11,978 nt of DNA from Candidatus Rokuibacteriota bacterium (GTDB lineage Bacteria > Methylomirabilota > Methylomirabilia > Rokubacteriales > CSP1-6), in contig JACPCX010000039.1 of assembly GCA_016184305.1 (NCBI GenBank), positions 1-11,978 of the forward strand, in the 5' to 3' direction. Position numbers and translations under genes: made by a program. This document shows positions 1-7,808 of the stretch, piece after piece. Position 1 is the first letter of the stretch. Every line of letters starts with the position of its first letter. The notes below the pieces were generated by a model, which saw only the letters and a program-made list of their open reading frames with translations, made no database searches and was not told the DNA's origin.

Positions 1-1398
1 CTCCTGGTACACGGCCACCGCTCCCTCCTCCCCGACCGGGACTCCCGCAACCACGAAACTCCCGCCGGCGCGCGCCCGCTCGCGCTGGGCCTCCATCTCG
101 CGCTCGTAAGCCTCGAGGCTCTCCGGGGGCACGGACCAGCCAGCGTCCTGGAACATCTCCTGGGCGAGGTCGGTGGGGAAGCCATGCGTGTCATAGAGGG
201 TGAACAGAAACTTGCCGTCCACCACGCGGCGCCAGTCGTCCTTCCGGGTCGCCAGGTACTCGCGGATCTTCGCCGTGCCCAGGTCGAGCGTCTCGGCGAA
301 GCGCTCCTCCTCGAGCCGCACCGTCTCGGCCACGCGCGGGTGCTGCTCGCGGATCTCCGGGTAGGCCTCGCCGAGGGTTTCCACCACGCTCCCCGTGACG
401 TCCCAGAGGAAAGGCTCGTGGAGCCCCAGCATCCGGCCGTGGCGCATGGCCCGGCGCATGATGCGGCGGAGGACGTAGCCGCGCCACTCGTTGGACGGCG
501 TCACGCCATCGGTGATGAGGAAGGTGGCCGCGCGGGCGTGGTCGGCGATCACCCGCATGGAGACGTCGGCCTCCTCCGCGTCCCCATACGGCTTGCGCGC
601 CAGCCGCTCCACGCGGGCGATGAGCGGGCGGATCAGGTCGGTCTGGAAGTTCGAGTCCTTCCCCTGGAGCACGGCCGTGAGCCGCTCGAGCCCCATGCCC
701 GTGTCGATGGAGGGCCGCGGGAGCGGGGTCATGCGGCCCTCGGCGTCACGATTGAACTGCATGAAGACCAGGTTCCACACCTCGAGCCACCGGTCGCACT
801 CGCAGGCCGGCCCGAGGCAGCGGCCCCCTCCGGCCTCCTCCGCGCAAGGCAGGTGCTCGCCCTGGTGGACGTGGATTTCCGAGCAGGGCCCGCACGGCCC
901 CGTGTCGCCCATGGCCCAGAAATTGTCCTTCTCGCCAAGGCGCAGGATCCGGTCCTCCCCGAGCCCCGCCACGCTCTTCCAGAGCCCGAAGGCCTCGTCG
1001 TCATCGGTGTAGACGGTGGTCGTGAGCCGGTCCGCGGGCAGCCCCAGATCCTTCGTGAGGAACTCCCAGGCATAGCCCACCGCCTCGCGCTTGAAGTAGT
1101 CGCCGAAGGAGAAATTGCCCAGCATCTCGAAGAAGGTGTGGTGCCGGGCCGTGCGGCCGACGTTCTCCAGGTCATTGTGCTTGCCCCCCGCCCGCACGCA
1201 TTTCTGCGCCGTGGCCGCCCGCACGTACTCGCGCCGCTCCTCCCCGAGGAACACGGCCTTGAACTGGACCATGCCGGCATTCGTGAAGAGGAGCGTGGGA
1301 TCCCGGGCGGGGACCAGCGGCGAGGAGCGCAATACGGTGTGGCCGTTCCGGCCGAAGTAGTCGAGGAAGCGCTGGCGGAGCGCGTTGCCGGTCGTCAT
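1..1398 (-). CDS. alaS: Alanine--tRNA ligase, N-terminal 466 codons (runs off left edge)
   Basis: Absent from the ORF track. Manual translation from ATG 1398 gives MTTGNALRQRFLDYFGRNGHTVLRSSPLVPARDPTLLFTNAGMVQFK, then RAGGKHNDLENVG, HHTFFEMLGNFSFGDYFK, DTGMGLER, GYVLRRIMRRA and LYDTHGFPTDL, all canonical AlaRS motifs. Confidence 0.98.
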   Translation of the reverse strand, partial: MTTGNALRQRFLDYFGRNGHTVLRSSPLVPARDPTLLFTNAGMVQFKAVFLGEERREYVRAATAQKCVRAGGKHNDLENVGRTARHHTFFEMLGNFSFGDYFKREAVGYAWEFLTKDLGLPADRLTTTVYTDDDEAFGLWKSVAGLGEDRILRLGEKDNFWAMGDTGPCGPCSEIHVHQGEHLPCAEEAGGGRCLGPACECDRWLEVWNLVFMQFNRDAEGRMTPLPRPSIDTGMGLERLTAVLQGKDSNFQTDLIRPLIARVERLARKPYGDAEEADVSMRVIADHARAATFLITDGVTPSNEWRGYVLRRIMRRAMRHGRMLGLHEPFLWDVTGSVVETLGEAYPEIREQHPRVAETVRLEEERFAETLDLGTAKIREYLATRKDDWRRVVDGKFLFTLYDTHGFPTDLAQEMFQDAGWSVPPESLEAYEREMEAQRERARAGGSFVVAGVPVGEEGAVAVYQE

Positions 1399-1454
1399 GG
1401 ACTCACCTGGGGTCCTGCTCGATCACGATCTCGTCCTCCCGATGGTAACCAACC

Positions 1455-2006
1455 TCATGCGCGGGGCTCGTCCCCGGGCTCCTCGGCTCCGTCAGCTCGT
1501 CCCAGGAGCCGGGTCACGGCCGCCAGCGCGATGCGCGGAGGATATCCGCGCCGGAGCAGGTAGTCGCCCAGCCGCTTCGCCACGCGGTCGGGCCGGGAGC
1601 GCCGCAGCGCCGGGAGCCGCCGGCGCGCCGCCTGGAGCGCCCGCTCGGACTCGGGCACCTCGTCGAAGGCCGAGGTCACGGCGGCCGCCGCCAGCGCCGG
1701 CGCGATGCCCTTGGCGCGGAGCTCCTGGGCGAGCCTGACGCTGCCGACCCGGCGCCCGCGCGCCCGCGCCTCGGCCCACCAGCCGGCGAAGCCCGCGTCG
1801 TTCACGTAGCCCTGCGACTCGAGCTCCGCCACCACGGCGCGAGCGATGTCGGCCGGGGCGCCCCGCCGGGTGAGGCGGCTCGTGAGCTCCCGGGCGCTCC
1901 AGGCCTTGCGCGCGAGCAAATCGAAGGCCGCCACCCGGGCGGCCTTCGCGTCCATCGGAGATGTCGGCTGCGCGTCCGCAGGCCGGCGCGGCCGCCGCCC
2001 CGACAT
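1455..2006 (-). CDS. recX: Regulatory protein RecX (183 aa; alternative start ATG 1955)
   Basis: C-terminal part of ORF 1455..2672: AFDLLARKAWSARELTSRL, GYVNDAGFA, GSVRLAQELRAKGI, YLLRRGY. ATG 2006 lies 2 nt after the pilT stop; position downstream of recA is typical. Confidence 0.92.
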   Translation of the reverse strand: MSGRRPRRPADAQPTSPMDAKAARVAAFDLLARKAWSARELTSRLTRRGAPADIARAVVAELESQGYVNDAGFAGWWAEARARGRRVGSVRLAQELRAKGIAPALAAAAVTSAFDEVPESERALQAARRRLPALRRSRPDRVAKRLGDYLLRRGYPPRIALAAVTRLLGRADGAEEPGDEPRA

Positions 2007-2008
2007 CC

Positions 2009-3184
2009 CTACCCCTTCTTGAAGAACGGGCCCCCCGGCGATCCGCCCGGAGAGCGCCCGGGCGGCGGCGCCGGGAGCGGCTGGCCACTCGTCTCCCAGG
2101 TCATCTCGCTCGCCGAGAAGATGCCCTTCACCTTCAGGTCGAAGTCGTCGGGATTGGTGGCGGCATCGCGCGCCGTCTCGTACGTGATGAGCTCCTCGCG
2201 GTACAGCCCCAGCAGCGACTGGTCGAAGGTCTGCATCCCGTATTGCGTCTGGCCCGCGGCGATGACGGCCGGGATCTGCGGGGTCTTTTCGCGCTCGCGG
2301 ATGCACTCGCGGATGAGGCCCGTGCCGATCATCACCTCGACGGCGGGCACGCGGCCCTTGCCGTCCGCCCGCACCACCAGGCGCTGCGAGACGATGCCCT
2401 GGATCACGGCGGCGAGCTGGCCGCGGATCTGGTCCTCCTGGTGCGGCGGGAAGGTGGAGATGATGCGGTTCACCGTCTCCGTGGCGTTGAGCGTGTGCAG
2501 CGTCGAGAGCACGAGGTGTCCCGTCTCGGCCGCGTGGAGCGCCACCTCCATGGTCTCGGCATCCCGCATCTCGCCCACGAGGATGACGTCCGGATCCTGG
2601 CGCAACGCCGCCCGGAGCGCCTGCGCGAAGGCCGTCGAGTCCTGGCCGATCTCGCGCTGGCTGATGACGCACTTGCGGTCGGCGTGGACGAACTCGATGG
2701 GGTCCTCGATGGTGACGATATGCTCGTTCCGGCCCCGGTTCATGTAGTCGATCATCGCGGCCAGCGTGGTGGACTTGCCGCAGCCGGTGATGCCGGTGAC
2801 AAGCACCATCCCGCGGCGCTCCATGGCCAGCCGCTCGAGGGACTTGGGCAGGTGCAATTCCTCGAAGGCCGGGATGCGTCCGGGGATGTGGCGCAGGACG
2901 GCGCGCACCTCGCCCTGGGAGAGGAAGAGGTTGACCCGGAATCGGCCGAGCCCTTCGAGCGTATAGCCGAGGTCCTTCTCCTGCCCACCCATGAGGTCGT
3001 TGTAGCGGTCCTCGCCGAGGAGGCGCATGGCCGTGCGCCGCATGGACTCCCGGTTGAGCGGCGGCACGTCGTCCTGGACCTCGAGGTGGCCGTGGATGCG
3101 CAGGACCGGGTGCGTGTTGGCCTTGAGGTGGAGATCGGATGCCTGGCGCTTCACCGCGAGGCTGAGCAGCTCGTCGAGATCCAT
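2009..3184 (-). CDS. pilT: PilT/PilU-family type IV pilus retraction ATPase (391 aa)
   Basis: ASDLHL, GRFRVN, Walker A GITGCGKSTT, Asp box TIEDPIE, Walker B region LRQDPDVILVGEMRD, His box TGHLVLSTLH, GMQTFDQ; GGAG RBS upstream. Confidence 0.95.
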   Translation of the reverse strand: MDLDELLSLAVKRQASDLHLKANTHPVLRIHGHLEVQDDVPPLNRESMRRTAMRLLGEDRYNDLMGGQEKDLGYTLEGLGRFRVNLFLSQGEVRAVLRHIPGRIPAFEELHLPKSLERLAMERRGMVLVTGITGCGKSTTLAAMIDYMNRGRNEHIVTIEDPIEFVHADRKCVISQREIGQDSTAFAQALRAALRQDPDVILVGEMRDAETMEVALHAAETGHLVLSTLHTLNATETVNRIISTFPPHQEDQIRGQLAAVIQGIVSQRLVVRADGKGRVPAVEVMIGTGLIRECIREREKTPQIPAVIAAGQTQYGMQTFDQSLLGLYREELITYETARDAATNPDDFDLKVKGIFSASEMTWETSGQPLPAPPPGRSPGGSPGGPFFKKG

Positions 3185-3193
3185 GCCTGGCTC

Positions 3194-5323
3194 CTACTTT
3201 CCGGGCTTCTCGGCCTTGTCGGCAGCCGGCGCCGGGCCGACGGGTCTGAGGCCCAGCGCGGCGCGCACCTTGACCTCCACATCCAGGAGCGTCTTGGGGT
3301 TCTCCTTGAGGTAGCGCTTGGCGTTCTCTCGGCCCTGCCCGATGCGCTCGCTCTTGTACGTGTACCAGGTCCCCGACTTCTCCACGACATTCTTCTCGAC
3401 GGCGGCGTCCAGCACGCTGCCCTCCTTCGAGATCCCCTCGCCGTAGATGACGTCGAACTCGGCCTCGCGGAAGGGTGGGGCGAGCTTGTTCTTGACGACC
3501 TTGACCTTGGTGCGCACGCCGACCGCCTCGGTGCCGTTCTTGATGGTGTCCTGCCGGCGGATGTCGAGGCGGATGGAGGAGTAGAACTTGAGCGCGCGCC
3601 CGCCCGTCGTGGTTTCGGGGGAGTTGTGGACGACGACCCCGTCCACGAGATAGGTGTGGTGGCCCTCGACCTCCAGATCGAACCGGTGTGTCGCCCGGCT
3701 CGGCGGCTTCACGTAGCGCTTGGCGATGCGGGCAGGCACCGCCCGCAGCCGCTCTCGATCCTTGAGCTCGATCGCCAGCCCACAGGCCTCGCTCCCTTGC
3801 GGGTGCCAGGCAAAGCGCCCGCGCAGGCTCGGGTGGATCTTGTAGTCCACGGAGGGATGCAGATACGGGGCGATCAGCGCGTGGAGCCGCGCCGTTCGCT
3901 CGGCGTCGAACCAGAAGCCCCGACCGTCATCGCGCGGCCTGCCGATCCCGAGCCGCTCGAGCGTGGCCATCACCCGCTGGCGGGACTCGCCGGACAGCGC
4001 CGTGTTGTAGAGCACGGCCTTGCCCTTGCCCCACCGCGCGTAGGATCCGGCGAAGGAGCCATCGTCGCCGTACCACACGGCGAGCCCACGGGCGTCCAGT
4101 CGATTCAGCACAGCGGCACTCGCGATCCGGGCGCGACCGTCCCCGTAGTACTCCGCCAGCAAGTCGGCCAGGGCCGGCATCGCGAGGGTATCGAAACCCC
4201 ACCCGTTGCCCGTGCGCGTGATGGCTCGAGCGAACGGTGTGAGCATCCAGTGCTTCCACCGGAGATAGTCCTTCTGCGCCTCGCCGTGGCCCACCCGGAA
4301 GCTCGCCGCATGCGTTCCGAGCCGCCGCAGGGAGCCATCCCCGAAGGTGCCGCCGAGAACGACCTGCCACTGGTCGTCCGTGAGATCCCAGTCCTTGACC
4401 GACACGAGCACCTCGTCGCCGGCTTGCAGTGCCCCCGCTCGCACCCGGCCACGGGGCGTGAAGACGACGTGGTTGTCCGTGGCCGCGAAATGCCGGCGCC
4501 CGGACGGCCCGCCCTCGACCTCGAACTGGATGAACCCGTCGGCCCGGCCGTTGTCGAACCAGTTGACGACGCGGCGGGGTTCGATCCTCCCGGTATCCGG
4601 ATCATACGAGAGGACCTCTACCGGCATCCGCTGGTTGACGATCTTGCCGATCTTCTGGCCAGTGCCGTCGGCGAGGGTCACACGGGTGCCATAGTGGAAG
4701 CAGCCAAACATGACCCCGATCTTCTCGCGGAGCTGGTTGATGAAGATCACGCTGCCGCCGGAGCGGGAGATGGCGGCGGTGAGCTTCCGGAGCGCCTGGG
4801 ACATGAGGCGCGCCTGCAGCCCGGGGAGCGAGTCGCCCATGTCGCCGTCGAGCTCGGCGCGGGGCACCAGCGCCGCGACGGAGTCGATGACGATGACGTC
4901 CACGGCGTTGGAGCGCACGAGGGCCTCGGCGATCTCCAGCGCCTGCTCGCCCGTGTCGGGCTGCGAGATCAGGAGCTCGTCGGTGTTCACGCCGAGGTTC
5001 TTGGCGTAGATGGGGTCCAGCGCATGCTCGGCGTCGATGAAGGCCGCGGTGCCGCCTTCCCGCTGCGCTTCCGCGATGACGTGCAGCGCCAGCGTCGTCT
5101 TGCCGGAGGACTCCGGGCCGTAGATCTCGGTGACGCGGCCGCGGGGAATGCCTCCGATGCCGAGCGCCACGTCGAGCGAGAGCGCGCCCGTCGGGATCAC
5201 GGCGATCTCGTCGAAGACGCCGCCCTGGCCCAGGCGCATGATCGCGCCCTTGCCGAACTGCCTGTCGATGGATGCCAGCGCCAGCTCGAGGGCCTGGCGG
5301 CGGTCGGTCTTCACGTCGGCCAT
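3194..5323 (-). CDS. recA: Recombinase RecA precursor with intein (709 aa; 349 aa after splicing)
   Basis: [57 protein letters not shown]|...|[28 protein letters not shown] 5323 chosen because GAGGAG lies just upstream. Confidence 0.98.
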   Translation of the reverse strand: MADVKTDRRQALELALASIDRQFGKGAIMRLGQGGVFDEIAVIPTGALSLDVALGIGGIPRGRVTEIYGPESSGKTTLALHVIAEAQREGGTAAFIDAEHALDPIYAKNLGVNTDELLISQPDTGEQALEIAEALVRSNAVDVIVIDSVAALVPRAELDGDMGDSLPGLQARLMSQALRKLTAAISRSGGSVIFINQLREKIGVMFGCFHYGTRVTLADGTGQKIGKIVNQRMPVEVLSYDPDTGRIEPRRVVNWFDNGRADGFIQFEVEGGPSGRRHFAATDNHVVFTPRGRVRAGALQAGDEVLVSVKDWDLTDDQWQVVLGGTFGDGSLRRLGTHAASFRVGHGEAQKDYLRWKHWMLTPFARAITRTGNGWGFDTLAMPALADLLAEYYGDGRARIASAAVLNRLDARGLAVWYGDDGSFAGSYARWGKGKAVLYNTALSGESRQRVMATLERLGIGRPRDDGRGFWFDAERTARLHALIAPYLHPSVDYKIHPSLRGRFAWHPQGSEACGLAIELKDRERLRAVPARIAKRYVKPPSRATHRFDLEVEGHHTYLVDGVVVHNSPETTTGGRALKFYSSIRLDIRRQDTIKNGTEAVGVRTKVKVVKNKLAPPFREAEFDVIYGEGISKEGSVLDAAVEKNVVEKSGTWYTYKSERIGQGRENAKRYLKENPKTLLDVEVKVRAALGLRPVGPAPAADKAEKPGK
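3623..4702 (-). mobile_element. RecA intein, 360 aa, with LAGLIDADG (DOD) homing endonuclease, RecA-b site
   Basis: In-frame insert [14 protein letters not shown]...[12 protein letters not shown]: Cys1, block B ATDNH, terminal His-Asn, Ser+1. Endonuclease motifs [11 protein letters not shown] and [11 protein letters not shown]. Confidence 0.97.
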
Positions 5324-5406
5324 TGGGATCTCCTCACCCGTCAGGACCTCGCCCCGCTGGGATGCGGGAGCAGGGACAAACATTCAATTCCACGCGCAGT
5401 TGCGAC

Positions 5407-5436
5407 ATTGTAGAGGGCCGATCCCCCTAAAGTCAA
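5407..5436 (-). promoter_or_regulatory. Sigma70-type recA promoter TTGACT-N18-TACAAT
   Basis: -35 at 5436-5431, -10 at 5412-5407; each 5/6 consensus, in an AT-richer intergenic gap about 84 nt upstream of the recA ATG. Confidence 0.75.
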
Positions 5437-5482
5437 TCGAGCGCGCGCGCCACTGCCAGTCTTGGCGCTCGCCGGGCGCCTG

Positions 5483-6079
5483 TCAATGTCCCGAATCTGA
5501 TACGGGCCCGAGCGTCACCGAGGCCAGCTCGCTGTAGCGGGCGCCGGCGGGCGAGAGATCGCTCCGCATGAGGGACAGCGCCGCGACGGGCACGGAGGCG
5601 AAGGCCAGGCTGCCCGCCCGGGCCACGGCCTGCCGCAGATCGAGGCTCGTCTCCCGGCGCCACCGCCGCTCGTCGAAGACGCGCCCGATGGTGAGATGCG
5701 GATGCCACGGACGCCCCTCGGGCGAAACCCCGCGCGCCTCGAGCGCCCGCTCCACGCCCGCCTGGAGCCCGCGCGCCTCGAGAGCGCCTTGGGCGACGCC
5801 GATCCAGAGGATGCGCGGGCGCTCGAAGCCCGGAAAGGCGCCGAGGCCATGCAGTCCGAGCGTGAACGGCGTGGTGGCCGCGGCCGCCTCCCGCAGCGCC
5901 CCCCGCGCCTGCTCCAGCGCCGGCTCGCCCTGCTCTCCGAGGAAGCGGAGCGTGATGTGCAGGTTCCGCGCCGGCACCCACGCCACGGCGCGCGAGAGCG
6001 GGCGCAGCCGCTCGATCTCGGCGGCCACGGCCGTCCGCGCCTCCTCGTTCAACAGCAGCGCCACGAACAAGCGCGGCAT
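5483..6079 (-). CDS. thpR: RNA 2',3'-cyclic phosphodiesterase (2H family, 2'-5' RNA ligase), 198 aa
   Basis: MPRLFVAL start; two HxT motifs (NLHITLRFLG, HPHLTIGR); GAFP..RPRILWIG; ATG overlaps the cinA stop (TGATG). Confidence 0.95.
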   Translation of the reverse strand: MPRLFVALLLNEEARTAVAAEIERLRPLSRAVAWVPARNLHITLRFLGEQGEPALEQARGALREAAAATTPFTLGLHGLGAFPGFERPRILWIGVAQGALEARGLQAGVERALEARGVSPEGRPWHPHLTIGRVFDERRWRRETSLDLRQAVARAGSLAFASVPVAALSLMRSDLSPAGARYSELASVTLGPVSDSGH

Positions 6080-7314
6080 CAACGCTGCAGCAGGCGGCGG
6101 AGCAGGTCAAGGGCCGACTGGCTGGACTGCCACTTGATCGCGTCCCGCGAGCCGGAAAAACGGAAGCGTCTGACCTCGACGCCGGCGGGCGCCGCCGCGG
6201 CGATGAACACGGTTCCGACAGGCTTGTCCGGCGTGCCGCCGTCGGGCCCCGCGATCCCGGTCACCGCGAGCCCGCACGGGGACTTCGAGGCCGCGCAGAT
6301 GCCCCGCACCATGGCGTCGGCCACGGGGGCGCTCACGGCGCCATGGGCCCGCAGGAGGGCGTTCGGCACGCCGAGCAACTGCTCCTTGGCGTCGTTGGAG
6401 TAGACGACCACGCCACGCTCGACATAGCGCGACGAGCCCGGGACATCGGTGAGCCGGCTGGCGAGGAGCCCGCCGGTGCAGGACTCGGCCACCGACAGCG
6501 TGAGCTCGCGCTGGACCAGCAAGCGTCCGACCACCTCTTCAAGAGTGTCGTTGTCCCGACCGTAGCAGTCCTGGCCCAGCGCCGCGGTCACCGCATCCTC
6601 CACGTCCTTCAGCGCCGCCACCGCGATGGAGCGGGAGGCGCCACGGGCCAGAAGCCGCACCCAGACGTCGCCCTCGACGACGAGGCAGGAGACGGAGACG
6701 GGCCCGTCCCTGCCCAGCCACGCCCCGAGCCGCACCTCGGCATCCGCCGGGGCAAGCCCCGCTGTTCTCAGGGTGCGGAGGATCGCCACCTCCCCCACCC
6801 CGAGGCGCGATCGAACCGCCGGGCGCAGGTGCTCCTCGACCAGAGCGGACAGGTGCGCCGAGCCGGCCGGGAGCACGGCCACGAGGGCCTGCCGGACGGC
6901 GAGCGCCCAGCCCGGCTCGCCCGCCGGGCCCGGCCAGACCTGGGCCCCCTGGGGCAGGAGCGCCAGCCTGTCGAGACGCCGCGGCATCGCCTGGCCGCGG
7001 CGAGAGAAGTCCTCTTCCAGCGCCGAGCGCATCCGCTCGCTGAGGACGAGCCGCGCCTCCGCGAGCCGCGCCACCACCCGGCGGACGATTTCTCCGCTGG
7101 AGCCACCGGAGGCGGCCAGCACCACCACGAGGCCGGCCGTCTCGAGCGCGGCGCGGAGGGAGGCCTCGAGCGCGCCTTCGTCCTCGTCCACCACCGCCCT
7201 TCCCAGCACCGGCAGCCCCTCGGCGAGGAGCGCGCGGGCCATCGCCAGCCCGGCGGCGTCCTCGCTCCCCGCCAGGTGGGCGGCGCCCACCGTGAGCAAC
7301 CGCGCGCCGATCAC
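6079..7314 (-). CDS. cinA: CinA-family protein: C-terminal NMN deamidase (PncC) domain plus degenerate N-terminal MoCF/COG1058 domain
   Basis: C-terminal AESCTGG, VPGSSRY, YSNDAK, HGAVS, TGIAGPDGG, KPVGTV; 411 aa; GTGA overlap with pgpA; cinA-thpR-recA synteny. Confidence 0.93.
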   Translation of the reverse strand: MIGARLLTVGAAHLAGSEDAAGLAMARALLAEGLPVLGRAVVDEDEGALEASLRAALETAGLVVVLAASGGSSGEIVRRVVARLAEARLVLSERMRSALEEDFSRRGQAMPRRLDRLALLPQGAQVWPGPAGEPGWALAVRQALVAVLPAGSAHLSALVEEHLRPAVRSRLGVGEVAILRTLRTAGLAPADAEVRLGAWLGRDGPVSVSCLVVEGDVWVRLLARGASRSIAVAALKDVEDAVTAALGQDCYGRDNDTLEEVVGRLLVQRELTLSVAESCTGGLLASRLTDVPGSSRYVERGVVVYSNDAKEQLLGVPNALLRAHGAVSAPVADAMVRGICAASKSPCGLAVTGIAGPDGGTPDKPVGTVFIAAAAPAGVEVRRFRFSGSRDAIKWQSSQSALDLLRRLLQR

Positions 7315-7775
7315 ACCGGCACCCCGAAGAGGGCACGGGCCCCCATCACGAGGATGAGGGCGTAGCCCCCCGCGATCAGGTCATCCACCATCACGCCGAG
7401 CCCGCCGCTGAGATCCTGGCTCTCCCGCGCGGGGAAAGGCTTCCAGATGTCGAAAAGGCGGAAGAGGAGGAAGGCCGTGATGAGGACGGGCAGCGTCCGA
7501 GGCAGGAAGAGGACGGAAAGCATCATCCCCGCCACCTCGTCGATGACGATGACGCCGGGATCCTTGCGCCCCAGGATGCGCTCGACGCGCCCGCCGGCCC
7601 AGATCCCGACGGCGGTGACAACGACCAGGGTGAAGAGCAGGCCCCTGGGGGTGAACGGGATGAGCCAGAGGGCCACCAGGGTCACCGCGCTGCCCACCGT
7701 GCCCGAGGCGACGGGCGCATACCCCGCGCCCCCGACGCTGGAGATCAGGAAGGCCGCCCGATCGGCGAGGCTCAG
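7311..7775 (-). CDS. pgpA: Phosphatidylglycerophosphatase A (about 154 aa; start uncertain, CTG 7775 proposed)
   Basis: KDPGVIVIDEVAG, FLLFRLFDIWKPFP, GGLGVMVDDLIAG. The conserved GAGYAPVASGTVGS segment begins upstream of the ORF-track start at 7697, in the same frame. Confidence 0.92.
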   Translation of the reverse strand: MSLADRAAFLISSVGGAGYAPVASGTVGSAVTLVALWLIPFTPRGLLFTLVVVTAVGIWAGGRVERILGRKDPGVIVIDEVAGMMLSVLFLPRTLPVLITAFLLFRLFDIWKPFPARESQDLSGGLGVMVDDLIAGGYALILVMGARALFGVPV

Positions 7776-7808
7776 GCGGATGATCCCCGAAGGTTGGACA
7801 CGCGGGTC

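Noticed and set aside
184..1563. 459-aa plus-strand ORF
   Set aside because: Antisense shadow of alaS; typical of high-GC coding DNA, no recognisable motifs.
2007..2672. N-terminal 222 aa of the 405-aa ORF
   Set aside because: Alternative frame of pilT, low-complexity R/G/P; RecX similarity starts only after 2006.
5324..5383. Longer recA start at 5383
   Set aside because: No RecA similarity in the extra 20 aa; the strong SD is at ATG 5323.
1961..5413. 1150-aa plus-strand ORF
   Set aside because: Antisense to pilT and recA, which share a frame; the length is explained by codon bias and there are no domain features.
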